Positions 1-8,513 of a DNA stretch of 64,000 nt are shown here, in pieces. Position numbers and translations under genes: made by a program. Source of the stretch: Deltaproteobacteria bacterium (GTDB lineage: Bacteria; Myxococcota_A; UBA9160; UBA6930); the NCBI GenBank assembly GCA_029261795.1, contig JAJDAP010000034.1:9858-73857 (forward strand), read 5' to 3'. The first letter of the stretch is position 1. Each line of letters begins with the position of its first letter. The notes below the pieces were generated by a model. It ran no database searches. It worked only from the letters and a program-made list of their open reading frames with translations, and was not told where the DNA came from.

Positions 1-67
1 GTGTAACGAGCGCAAGAGCCCCGAGGAGCCCGGCACACCAGGCCCATCGCTCAAATCGATTCGACAA
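1..67 (-). CDS. Partial CDS (5' end only, runs off the left edge); signal-peptide-like N-terminus MSNRFERWAWCAGLLGALALVT
   Basis: TTG at 67-65 preceded by GGAGGGG RBS (72-78 on minus) and by an ECF-type motif at 101-126; hydrophobic N-terminus; not in ORF track because truncated. Confidence 0.5.
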   Translation of the reverse strand, partial: MSNRFERWAWCAGLLGALALVT

Positions 68-100
68 GTCACCCCTCCATCGCAGTCCCTAGCAATGGTT

Positions 101-126
101 TACGGAAGAGTGGCGGGATCGTGACC
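101..126 (-). promoter_or_regulatory. Putative ECF promoter copy 1: GGTCAC-N16-CGTA
   Basis: Minus strand reads GGTCAC gatcccgccactcttc CGTA; -10 ends 34 nt before the TTG at 67. Confidence 0.75.
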
Positions 127-161
127 GCTACCGAGACGACTCGGCACGAACTGAGCCGGGA

Positions 162-878
162 TCAGGTTCCGGAGAAAAACGCCCGAGCCTGGATGGCGCT
201 GGTGACACCCAGGTAGCCGCCGGCAGCCGTCCCGGCGATCCAAGCAGCGAAGACCCAGACTGAGTTGTCTACCGATTGGAGAGCTACGCCGGGCAACAGC
301 AGGAGGAACATCGCCGCTGCGGGAATCATCGGCCGGGCCAACTGACCGCGCCCGACGCCCAGCACCAAAAATACGGAAGCCGCGCCGATCAAGAGCGTCG
401 CGACCAGACCGAAGCAGAACGCACTCGCGGGTAGGCCGGCGACGTCGAAGATCCGCCTCCCCAGATCGGTTGCGGTCCACCAGTTCAGAAAGTGCTGGTC
501 CGCGCACGCGGCCCCGCATATTCCAGCAATCCCGAGACCCAGGAGTGCCACAGAGGCGGAATGCGAGAGGGGTAGCGAAGGCGTACGCACTCCGAGAAAC
601 GCAATCGCGAAGCTCACGACCAGCAATCCGGCCCATACCATACTGAAGACCGTGACATGCCACGGTGGGTGGTGATCAAAGGGGTGTCCCGAGAGCAGCA
701 GCGTGACGCCGATCGCACCAACGACGCCCGCGACTCCTGCCGCAACCAGCAGCCGAGCCGTGCGACCGCCCCGGAGTTCGACATCGCTCCTGATCGCCGA
801 GAGGATGCCCGAACGGACACCGTCTCGAACCTCGGACCGGCGGCTGTCCTTCTCCATTCGCGAACCTACCTCGGTCAC
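162..878 (-). CDS. Multi-pass membrane protein, putative anti-sigma factor / metal sensor
   Basis: Directly downstream of the ECF sigma gene; about 6-7 hydrophobic segments; motifs HPFDHHPPWH and CGAACADQH; GTG start. Confidence 0.65.
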   Translation of the reverse strand: MTEVGSRMEKDSRRSEVRDGVRSGILSAIRSDVELRGGRTARLLVAAGVAGVVGAIGVTLLLSGHPFDHHPPWHVTVFSMVWAGLLVVSFAIAFLGVRTPSLPLSHSASVALLGLGIAGICGAACADQHFLNWWTATDLGRRIFDVAGLPASAFCFGLVATLLIGAASVFLVLGVGRGQLARPMIPAAAMFLLLLPGVALQSVDNSVWVFAAWIAGTAAGGYLGVTSAIQARAFFSGT

Positions 879-899
879 GGCCCGGTCTGAACGGGACGG

Positions 900-1481
900 C
901 TATCCAACCGGGAGCCCGAAGGCTCCATCTGGTCCCACCGACGCACGCAGCCTTCGGATCGCACGGGAGGCTGTCTTCTTGACGGCATCGACGGACTTGC
1001 CAAGATGGTTTGCAACCTCCGCGTATCCGACTCCATCGACCTTGGCGGCGAGCAGAACGTAACGCTCTTCGTTCGAGAGGAATTGCAGCAGTTGCATCGA
1101 CTGTTCGCGATCCGCCACTTCCCCCTCAGCGTTGCGTTGCTCAGCCCTCGGCTCACGGTCCTCGATCGAGAACTCATGGTGGCGAAAGGCACGTCGGTGG
1201 TCATCGACGAGTAGCCGGTTCGCGATCTGGAAGAACCAGGGGGTGAAAGGCCGATCGGAGTCATATCGATCCCGCGCCCGATGGATGCGCAGGAACAACT
1301 CCTGGTAGAGATCCTCGGCGCGCTCGGAAGATCCGGTTCGTTTGAGGAAGAAGGCGTAGGCCCGTGGTTCGTAGCGCCGAAACAGTTCGTCGAACGCGTC
1401 GCCGTCGCCGTCGCCGTAGTGCGCCATGAGCGTTTCATCTGACAGATCCCTCTGCTGCGCGAATCGTGCTGTATCTGACAT
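900..1481 (-). CDS. ECF (sigma-70 group 4) RNA polymerase sigma factor
   Basis: DETLMAHY..DAFDELFRRY, AEDLYQELFLRI, PFTPWFFQIANRLLVD (sigma2), YAEVANHLGKSVDAVKKTASRA (sigma4 HTH); start moved to ATG 1481 with AGGAGG RBS. Confidence 0.93.
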   Translation of the reverse strand: MSDTARFAQQRDLSDETLMAHYGDGDGDAFDELFRRYEPRAYAFFLKRTGSSERAEDLYQELFLRIHRARDRYDSDRPFTPWFFQIANRLLVDDHRRAFRHHEFSIEDREPRAEQRNAEGEVADREQSMQLLQFLSNEERYVLLAAKVDGVGYAEVANHLGKSVDAVKKTASRAIRRLRASVGPDGAFGLPVG

Positions 1482-1643
1482 ACGACCTCCTCTCGCGAAC
1501 GGTGACGAGAAAACGGCGATGCACATTGCGTGCCGCTGTGTGTAGCCCGCGCCCGCGAGCGCAGGGCGTTCGTAGGTGCGTCAGTTTGGCATAAGCCAAT
1601 GACCGGCGTGGCTTTCTGACCCATTCCTCGCCGCGGGGACGCA

Positions 1644-2870
1644 ATGGTGCAGGTTCTGCGCTCGCGGAACGGTAAGGTGGCGATCGACCGCCCTGGAGAC
1701 CCCGAATTGCAGCTGCACTGGCTCCTCGCCGTCGTCCTCATCACCGCCAAGCTGTTTGGAGTGGCGGCCCGCCGTTGGGGATTGCCTGCCGTCGTCGGAG
1801 AGATTCTGGCCGGCGTCGTGCTAGGCCCTTCTCTACTCGGCCTGCTCGAGATCCCGGGGTCCGATGGGAACGGCGATGCCCTGTCGGGGCTCGCACAGAT
1901 CGGGCTCTGCGTGCTGCTCTTCCGCGTGGGGCTCGAGACCGACCTCGACCAGGTCCGGCGTGTGGCAGGGTCGGCGGTGATCCTCGCAGGGGTCGGAATG
2001 CTGCTGCCCTTTGTGCTGGGGGTGTTGGGGGCTTCAGCCTTCGGGGTCGCCCTGCTTCCCGCTCTCTTCATCGGCGCAACCCTTACTGCCACGAGTATCG
2101 GGGTGACCGCCTCGGTGCTCGAAGAACTCCGAGCTGGTGGCACCCGGGCCGCCGCGCTGATCCTGGCAGCGGCCGTCATCGACGACGTGCTCGGTCTCGT
2201 TCTACTGGCCGCACTGATCGGGGTTGGCGCGGCACCGGGCAGCGCCGGGATCGAGGTCGGGATCGCGGTCGCCCAGGCCGTGGGGTTCCTGACGGCAGCG
2301 CTCTGGCTGGGGCCGCCCTTGGCCCGAGCGTCGGACCGTCTTGCCCGCTGGACTCGTTCGCAGAGCATCATCCTTCCGCTCGTCTTCGGCGCTCTTCTGC
2401 TGACGGCGGCCGCAGCCAAGGCCGCAGGGATGGAGATGATCATCGGCGCCTACGCCGCCGGGCTCGCGCTGGTCCGGCACCCGGAGCGCGCATGGCTCGA
2501 GACGAAGCTCGAAGCCGTGATCGAACTATTCACGCCGATCTTCTTCGTACTCGTCGGAAGCTCGATCGCCCTGGAGACGTTCGCGATGGGAACGCCTGCC
2601 GGTCGCACCACTGTGGGATTGGCCGCGCTTCTCTTCAGTGCCGCCATCCTCGGGAAGCTGCTGGCACCGCTCGCGATTCGCAACCTCGACGTTCCAGTCT
2701 TGGCGGTCGGCAGCGCCCTCGTGCCGCGAGGTGAGGTCGGGCTCATCTTTGCACAGGTGGGCCTGAGCGAAGGTGTCCTGAGGCCCGACCTGTTCTCCGC
2801 ACTGACGTTGGTGATCACTGCCACCACACTGGTCGGCCCCGTGATGCTCCGCAGGCTCTGGCGCTCCTGA
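1644..2870 (+). CDS. Cation:proton antiporter, CPA2/NapA-KefB-like family
   Basis: About 12 TM segments; GEILAGVVLGPS, LLFRVGLETD, TATSIG, AAVIDDVLG, LVPRGEVGLI motifs. Confidence 0.9.
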   Translation: MVQVLRSRNGKVAIDRPGDPELQLHWLLAVVLITAKLFGVAARRWGLPAVVGEILAGVVLGPSLLGLLEIPGSDGNGDALSGLAQIGLCVLLFRVGLETDLDQVRRVAGSAVILAGVGMLLPFVLGVLGASAFGVALLPALFIGATLTATSIGVTASVLEELRAGGTRAAALILAAAVIDDVLGLVLLAALIGVGAAPGSAGIEVGIAVAQAVGFLTAALWLGPPLARASDRLARWTRSQSIILPLVFGALLLTAAAAKAAGMEMIIGAYAAGLALVRHPERAWLETKLEAVIELFTPIFFVLVGSSIALETFAMGTPAGRTTVGLAALLFSAAILGKLLAPLAIRNLDVPVLAVGSALVPRGEVGLIFAQVGLSEGVLRPDLFSALTLVITATTLVGPVMLRRLWRS

Positions 2871-2900
2871 GCGACGCGCCCCGAGACCCGATCGCGATCG

Positions 2901-2927
2901 GGTCACCTCCGAGCGCGCGAGGCCGTA
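2901..2927 (+). promoter_or_regulatory. Putative ECF promoter copy 2: GGTCAC-N17-CGTA
   Basis: GGTCAC ctccgagcgcgcgaggc CGTA; 72 nt before ATG 2999; -35 overlaps the right arm of a perfect 20-bp palindrome (2885-2904). Confidence 0.72.
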
Positions 2928-2998
2928 CTACATGGCAGGCGCGAAGGTGGCGGTCGCACGGAGCGTATCGGGCACAAGCGCAAGCAAGGAGATGACAG

Positions 2999-3349
2999 AT
3001 GAGAACCGTTATCGCACTAGCCCTGTTCGTGGGGGCCGTGGCCCTGGTGCCGGCCTTCGCACTCGCGGGGAGCGACTCCCGGTCGGTCGAGCAGTTCGCA
3101 GTCGAGAAGGCGGAGACGCCGGAGGAGCACGCGGACCTGGAACGGCACTACCGCTCGTTGGCGGAAGAAGCGCGCGGACACGTACGCCACCACGAGAAGA
3201 TGGGAAGCTCCTACCGAATAGGCAAGCTGCACAACCGGCAGCGTATGGAGCGCCACTGCAAGAAAATCGCCGAGAGCTACGCCAGCACGGCCAAGGAATA
3301 CGAGGCACTCGCCGACCTCCACAAGGACGAGGCGAGGCAGAGCGAGTAA
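2999..3349 (+). CDS. Small secreted His-rich helical protein, putative periplasmic metal-binding protein
   Basis: Sec signal (..VPAFA); 8 His, 2 Met and 1 Cys in the mature part (EHADLERHY, GHVRHHEKM, MERHC, LHKD); AAGGAG RBS. Confidence 0.7.
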   Translation: MRTVIALALFVGAVALVPAFALAGSDSRSVEQFAVEKAETPEEHADLERHYRSLAEEARGHVRHHEKMGSSYRIGKLHNRQRMERHCKKIAESYASTAKEYEALADLHKDEARQSE

Positions 3350-3374
3350 TCACTCCATCAGTGAGGTTCATGTC

Positions 3375-3818
3375 ATGCGCCTTCTCGATGAGCTTCAGAA
3401 GTTCCTGCACCCGGAGCACATCCTGTCGAAGGATCGGAGCGGCGCGCTCGCGGACAACGAGATCCAAGCTGCGACCGCACTCCTGCTTCTCGAGGCCGCT
3501 CACGGAGATGAGGAATTCGTCTGGCGGGAACACCGCTTGATCGTCCAGGGGCTAGAGCGCGCGTTCGGACTGGCTAGACCCGAGGTGCTCCAGCTGCTCG
3601 AGCGTTCCGAAGAGATCCGGCCCCCTACGGTCCGCCTCGCGGACGTCACCCAGGTGATCATGGATCGCTACGACGAGACTCAGCGGCAGGAGATCGTTCG
3701 ACTCCTGTGGGCGATCGTAGATGCCGACGGAGTCGCCACGGAGTGGGAGAAGGTATTCGCCACGCACGTGGCGCAAGCGCTTGGGATCAGCGACGAGGCA
3801 GCAGCCCAAGGTCGCTAG
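3375..3818 (+). CDS. terB: TerB-family protein
   Basis: AATALLLLEAAHGDEEF..E, LWAIVDADG...WEKVF pattern typical of TerB-like folds. Confidence 0.8.
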   Translation: MRLLDELQKFLHPEHILSKDRSGALADNEIQAATALLLLEAAHGDEEFVWREHRLIVQGLERAFGLARPEVLQLLERSEEIRPPTVRLADVTQVIMDRYDETQRQEIVRLLWAIVDADGVATEWEKVFATHVAQALGISDEAAAQGR

Positions 3819-3894
3819 GACGCGACCCCAGCCGGCCAACTCTTCGTCCGGTATGCGTCGGCGGCAGACCTTGGCGATGACCCCGCGGCCCTTT

Positions 3895-4473
3895 CTAGCC
3901 GCGCGACGGCCGCCCGTGGAGACAGACTGAGAAGTAGTGCCCGAGTGCAATGCCGATGAACCCGATTCCCGCGAGCCCTTCCGCAGCCGCCACGACCTTC
4001 CCAAGCCTGGAGATCGGCGCTAGATCGCCATAGCCCACCGTCGTGATCGTCATGACGCTGAGATAGAGGGACTCGAAGAATAGGTCATGCAGACGCTCGA
4101 TGTGCACACCAAGCGTCACCGGATCGGCCGACCAGAGGAGCGGCAGCCCGACGAAGCTCGCCTCGGTGCTACTCGCCTGCGCGATCGCGTAGCTGCTCGC
4201 GAAAAGCACGATCAGGGCGCCATAGGCCTCCAGCAAAGCGGATAGTTGGAATCGGAGCCGTCCGCTCAGGATCCAGCGCAGCGTCCAGATCACTCCGGCG
4301 CACGGGACGACCACGCCAAGTACGAAGAGCCCGCTGAGGATCCATGGCGAAGGAACAGCGGCCTCCGCCGCGGAGCCGTGCATGCGCAATGAAATGACGA
4401 GCAGCAAACCAAGGTAAGGCGTGAGGCTCGCCGTCAACGTCGGCACAACAATCTGGAGGTGACTTGAATTCAT
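3895..4473 (-). CDS. Two-TM potassium channel pore protein (Ion_trans_2), no RCK domain
   Basis: Selectivity filter YLSVMTITTVGYGDLAP followed by inner helix; extra N-terminal TM segments. Confidence 0.88.
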   Translation of the reverse strand: MNSSHLQIVVPTLTASLTPYLGLLLVISLRMHGSAAEAAVPSPWILSGLFVLGVVVPCAGVIWTLRWILSGRLRFQLSALLEAYGALIVLFASSYAIAQASSTEASFVGLPLLWSADPVTLGVHIERLHDLFFESLYLSVMTITTVGYGDLAPISRLGKVVAAAEGLAGIGFIGIALGHYFSVCLHGRPSRG

Positions 4474-5189
4474 TGGCTCCTGCTTCCTTCTTCACGCAAT
4501 CCATCTGACGATCCAGTATGCAGTTGCGTCCCATGGCGGAGCCGAGAAACGGCGATGGGAATCTGCGCGGCAAGCTGCCTAGACCCCCAACGCGCGAGTT
4601 CAGTGACGGAGAGCCAACGCGTGCCGCCTCCGGGGTAGCGAAGGGCGCGCCACGGGCTCTCGAAGAATGGGACCTGTTGCTCCGAGAACTGCCCCGACCA
4701 CAGAAGAAGCCCCTCCGAACCTCCGTGTAGGGTGGCCCGGAAGCCGACTCCGGCCGCCCGTTGGGGCCGTGTCAGCGCGTTCCTCGGCGACCAGTGCGTG
4801 ACCTCGACCACCAGGAGCGCATCGACGCCGAGACGTTCCGCGGCAACGCGGGCGAGCCGGGCCGCATCACGGTGTAGGTCGGAGGACCGCGTGAGATTGG
4901 CGAGGGTGCCGCGCGTATCCTTGGCGGGCACCACGTCGACCCCTCGTTCCATCAGGGCCTCAGCGAGATAGTGGCCGACGTGTACGGCGGCCTCAGCGTA
5001 GCGCGCCGGGTCGATGGCGGACCGCCTCTCCACCTCGGGCGCAAGCGTCACCGAGGCCACTGCGACGCGATATGCCGACCCTTCGCGTCTCGCAACAGAC
5101 TGGCTTGCCGGAGCCCACGGCGCGCAGGCCAGCGCGCCGGTTGCTGCCAGGATGAGCACGCTCGAAACGCGCCGACTGAGTCCCACCAT
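4470..5189 (-). CDS. Hypothetical lipoprotein
   Basis: Lipobox ..GALAC at residue 22; GAGGAG RBS; ATGA overlap with the K+ channel gene. Confidence 0.7.
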   Translation of the reverse strand: MVGLSRRVSSVLILAATGALACAPWAPASQSVARREGSAYRVAVASVTLAPEVERRSAIDPARYAEAAVHVGHYLAEALMERGVDVVPAKDTRGTLANLTRSSDLHRDAARLARVAAERLGVDALLVVEVTHWSPRNALTRPQRAAGVGFRATLHGGSEGLLLWSGQFSEQQVPFFESPWRALRYPGGGTRWLSVTELARWGSRQLAAQIPIAVSRLRHGTQLHTGSSDGLREEGSRSQ

Positions 5190-5226
5190 GTTCTCCTCGG
5201 TCTACCGGTCTCTTGTGGCCCTGTAC

Positions 5227-5252
5227 TACGGGAGCGGCGTCGCCCTGTGACT
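5227..5252 (-). promoter_or_regulatory. Putative ECF promoter copy 3: AGTCAC-N16-CGTA
   Basis: Minus strand AGTCAC agggcgacgccgctcc CGTA; 38 nt before ATG 5189. Confidence 0.75.
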
Positions 5253-5327
5253 TCGAATGTCGTGGGGGAGCGTCCGCGGCGTCGCCTCTGCAGGCCGGTC
5301 GGCGGGTGCCGGCTGCACTTTTTCTCC

Positions 5328-5354
5328 AGTCACCAGATCGACCCGGATGCCGTA
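5328..5354 (+). promoter_or_regulatory. Putative ECF promoter copy 4 (mtrAB): AGTCAC-N17-CGTA
   Basis: AGTCAC cagatcgacccggatgc CGTA; 63 nt before ATG 5417. Confidence 0.78.
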
Positions 5355-5416
5355 GTACGCGTTGCAGCGGAGTTTGCAGTCCCGTGGGACGCAGCGGCGA
5401 GAAGGGCGATGTCACG

Positions 5417-6373
5417 ATGAACAGCTTGACAGCCTCCAAGCGAACGAGGATTGCCACACTCTGCGTAGGGTCGTTCGTAGCGGCCCTCGTGGCCTGCGTC
5501 AGCGTGGTCTGGACCCCGCTGGGGCCCCGCCGCACGGCCGACGTCGCAAACGCGGAACCCATCGGTGCTCCTGTCTGCGCGGCCTGTCACGAGCAGGTGC
5601 ATGGACAAGAGTCTCCGGCTCCCTTCCACGCGGACTGCGAGAGCTGCCATGGACCGGGAAGCCTTCACGCCGCGAGTGGCGACACTCAGCTCATCCGCTT
5701 CCCGGGTAACGACGACTGTCTCGCGTGTCACACGGAGGGCGTGGCCGAGCACATGGAGTGGGGGACCAGCGAGCACGCCCGCGCTGGGTTGTACTGCTCC
5801 GACTGCCACAATCCCCACAGCGGTGAGGAGAGCGAGCTCCGGCCCTTCGAGCAGGTCGCCCTCCCACGCATCGATCTCGAGTCCGCCCTCTGCGTCGAGT
5901 GCCACCGGGACGTGGCGTCGCGCCTGAAGTTTCCTTCGCACCATCCCGTGGCCGAGGGGGCGCTGGGATGCACCAGCTGCCACAACGCTCACGAAGACCG
6001 GCGCGTCTCGTTCGGTGATCGCAACGAGCGTTGTGCGACCTGCCACCAGGACTACATGGGCCCCTGGGTATTCGAGCACCCGCCGGTCGTCGAGGACTGC
6101 ATGACCTGCCATAACCCTCACGGCGCCGTTACCGAGAATCTCCTCGAGACGATCCAGCCCGTGATCTGTCTCTCCTGTCACTCCCTCCCGGACAGCCGAC
6201 ATCACACCACGGGCTCGTCCGGAATCCCCGGCCAATCGACCATCAGTGGCGACTACCCGACAGCGCCCGGGACGACCATCGGAACGCAGGAGGCCAGAGC
6301 CTTCTTGCGCCGGTGCACCGACTGCCATAGCGCGGTCCACGGATCCTATACCGATGAACACCTACGTCACTAG
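5417..6373 (+). CDS. mtrA: Decaheme c-type cytochrome, MtrA/DmsE/MtoA/PioA family
   Basis: Exactly 10 CXXCH (CAACH, CESCH, CLACH, CSDCH, CVECH, CTSCH, CATCH, CMTCH, CLSCH, CTDCH); GPWVFEHPPV..C..CHNPHG family signature; N-terminal signal with possible LVAC lipobox; start moved to ATG 5417. Confidence 0.93.
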   Translation: MNSLTASKRTRIATLCVGSFVAALVACVSVVWTPLGPRRTADVANAEPIGAPVCAACHEQVHGQESPAPFHADCESCHGPGSLHAASGDTQLIRFPGNDDCLACHTEGVAEHMEWGTSEHARAGLYCSDCHNPHSGEESELRPFEQVALPRIDLESALCVECHRDVASRLKFPSHHPVAEGALGCTSCHNAHEDRRVSFGDRNERCATCHQDYMGPWVFEHPPVVEDCMTCHNPHGAVTENLLETIQPVICLSCHSLPDSRHHTTGSSGIPGQSTISGDYPTAPGTTIGTQEARAFLRRCTDCHSAVHGSYTDEHLRH

Positions 6374-8483
6374 AGCCGCCATCCTCGCCGGCTACGTCCT
6401 CATTGCGACGCCGTTGCTGGCGGACGATCTGACACCGCGAGGCGATGTCACCGTGGGCATCCAGCTCTACCGCCCGGAGGGCCCATTCGAGCGCGACGAC
6501 ACGGCCTCGTTCTTCGACAAGTACCGGTACCTCAAGAACAAGGGCACCGATCTGCCGTTCTTCGTCGATCTGACGCACCTCGACCTGGGCCTCGTCCGCG
6601 ACGACGGAACCTACGCAGTTCGCTTGCAGCGCTGGAGCCCCGGGTGGTCGAACGATCGTGCCGAGCTGGAGGGGGGCTGGCCGGGAGTGTCGCTGCTGGC
6701 CGACTATCGTCGCTATCGGAGCGACGAGCTCCGTTTGTTCTCGAGTCCGACCGGCGTCGGCAGCGCATTCGCCAGCGTGTTCAACGACGACACGTCCGCG
6801 GACGACCGCTTCTTCGTGCGACGAACGAGTGCGGGGCTGGCGGTTCGCGTGCGTCCCGCAGGCTTCGACCACCCATCCGACCTCCTGAAGGAACTGGAGT
6901 TCTCCTCGCGATACGAGCACCGGAGCGGCCAGCGCCAGGATCGCTACGTGCTGAGCGGTTCCCAGGAGCGCGGTGCCGGGGGTCTCAATACGTCCCGCTT
7001 CCGGGCGTTCACCCGGGACATCGACCAGGACGTCACCAGCATCGGGACGCGGATCGTTTCGACTCCCTGGGATCTGCTCACCAGCGCTATCGAGTTGGAG
7101 TTCGAGAGTTTTCGCGAGCGCGCTCCCACTACCACGCTCGGCGCGGGAGAGCCGGGGAGTATCTCGGCCTTCGATCCGGTCGGTATTCTCGCCGGATTCC
7201 AGGATCCCCTGAAGTCACTGCGCGCTTTCAACTACGTCCCTGACACGGATCGCCTGTACGCGTCGCTGCGCGTCCGGCCCCATCTGGGACCGGTTCAATT
7301 CCACGGCGGCGCGTCTGTCACGCGCTTGAAGCAGGCGGGGAGTCGCGCGCCGGAGCAGATCGCCTTTGGCCTCGATGACAATTCGGTCACGACCTATTCG
7401 ATCTACGGCGCTGGCGAGTTTCCGCTGACCGATCAGTTGGCCCTCAACGGGTACGCGAAGTTCTGGAAGCGCCGCAACGCACTCGATTCGGGCAACATCC
7501 TATTCTCCAAGGATCAGACGGACGCCTTCCTCGAGCAGCTGCGCGAGGTGAAGAACGGCCTGGAGCTTCGCGCCACACCGATGGCGGGAACGGACCTGAC
7601 GCTGGGATATCGGGGACGCTTCGTCCGGCGCGACCTCGAGTTCCAGAAGAGCACCCGTTCCGTGGCGCCCGAGTTCACGATCATCGGTGAGGACACCACG
7701 ATACACACCGGCTACCTGGGCTGGAACCTTCGTCTGGTACGGAGCCTCCAACTCTCCGGGGAGGCGGGTTACGAGAACGGCACCGAAATCGGGTACCCGC
7801 GAGAGCTGGAGCGCGCGTACTACGCGAAGGCCCGAGTCTCCTACGTGCTGCCCCGCCCCGTCCCGATGACGCTCACGGCGTCCGGCCGCTTCCTCGACGG
7901 CGAGAGCGACGAGATCGAGCTACTGGGCGAATCAGCGGGAGCGCGGCGCAAGCAGTTCGAGGTGAGACGCTGGAACTACGACGTGACCTTGACAGCGGTT
8001 CCCAAGGAATCGCTCGTGGTCTTCGGCTCGTTCACCCAGCACCGCAACGAGGAACGGTTCGCGCACCTGCGCTCCAATATCCGCCGGTTCGAGGGACCGG
8101 TGCCGGCGAGCATCCTGAACTTCTTCATCGATTCGGTCCCGCAGTACGAAAGCGACGTACTGAGCGTCACCCTTGGTGGCAGCTACCAGATCAGCAAGAC
8201 ACTCGAGGCATCCCTGGCGACCACGGTCACCAGAACCCGCGTCGACATCGCGGGCGGAGGTGGAGCCGCCCGCGCCCTCGACGAAGTCAATCAGATCCGG
8301 AACCAGATCACGAGCATCGAGTGCGGCCTGTCCTATCGAGCCACCCGGCAGGTTCGGCTAGACCTGGGATACCGGTTCGACCGATTCCACGACGATGTCC
8401 GACTGGAGGCACTCGACTTCAGCACGCGCGAGCACACACTCTCGGTCAGCGTGACGATGGACCTCGATGCGCTGACCCCCTGA
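6354..8483 (+). CDS. mtrB: Outer-membrane beta-barrel porin, MtrB/PioB family
   Basis: About 709 aa, Sec signal, alternating amphipathic beta-strand pattern throughout, overlaps the 3' end of mtrA; family call rests mainly on size and synteny. Confidence 0.82.
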   Translation: MNTYVTRAAILAGYVLIATPLLADDLTPRGDVTVGIQLYRPEGPFERDDTASFFDKYRYLKNKGTDLPFFVDLTHLDLGLVRDDGTYAVRLQRWSPGWSNDRAELEGGWPGVSLLADYRRYRSDELRLFSSPTGVGSAFASVFNDDTSADDRFFVRRTSAGLAVRVRPAGFDHPSDLLKELEFSSRYEHRSGQRQDRYVLSGSQERGAGGLNTSRFRAFTRDIDQDVTSIGTRIVSTPWDLLTSAIELEFESFRERAPTTTLGAGEPGSISAFDPVGILAGFQDPLKSLRAFNYVPDTDRLYASLRVRPHLGPVQFHGGASVTRLKQAGSRAPEQIAFGLDDNSVTTYSIYGAGEFPLTDQLALNGYAKFWKRRNALDSGNILFSKDQTDAFLEQLREVKNGLELRATPMAGTDLTLGYRGRFVRRDLEFQKSTRSVAPEFTIIGEDTTIHTGYLGWNLRLVRSLQLSGEAGYENGTEIGYPRELERAYYAKARVSYVLPRPVPMTLTASGRFLDGESDEIELLGESAGARRKQFEVRRWNYDVTLTAVPKESLVVFGSFTQHRNEERFAHLRSNIRRFEGPVPASILNFFIDSVPQYESDVLSVTLGGSYQISKTLEASLATTVTRTRVDIAGGGGAARALDEVNQIRNQITSIECGLSYRATRQVRLDLGYRFDRFHDDVRLEALDFSTREHTLSVSVTMDLDALTP

Positions 8484-8513
8484 ACGCCGCTCGCGCGAGT
8501 CCGTAGCGGCGGG

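Noticed and set aside
1395-1420. (GCCGTC)x3 repeat in the sigma gene as a phase-variation site
   Set aside because: It is in frame, only three copies long and encodes GDGDGD in an ordinarily Gly/Asp-rich loop.
1481-1507. Near-match CGTCAC-N17-CGTA on the minus strand at the island sigma gene (possible autoregulation)
   Set aside because: It lacks the leading purine and the C before CGTA, and the -10 ends on the A of the start codon, so transcription would begin inside the gene. It is not counted among the 8 copies, though an occlusion role is not excluded.
3375-3818. Tellurite-resistance operon
   Set aside because: A lone terB without terZ/A/C/D/E; TerB-like folds are widespread and not diagnostic.
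8430-8483. MtrB lacks a terminal aromatic residue (ends ..TMDLDALTP), possibly truncated or non-functional
   Set aside because: The final strand LSVSVTMDL is present and the stop is followed by a short convergent spacer. Such variation occurs, so it is weak evidence of pseudogenisation.
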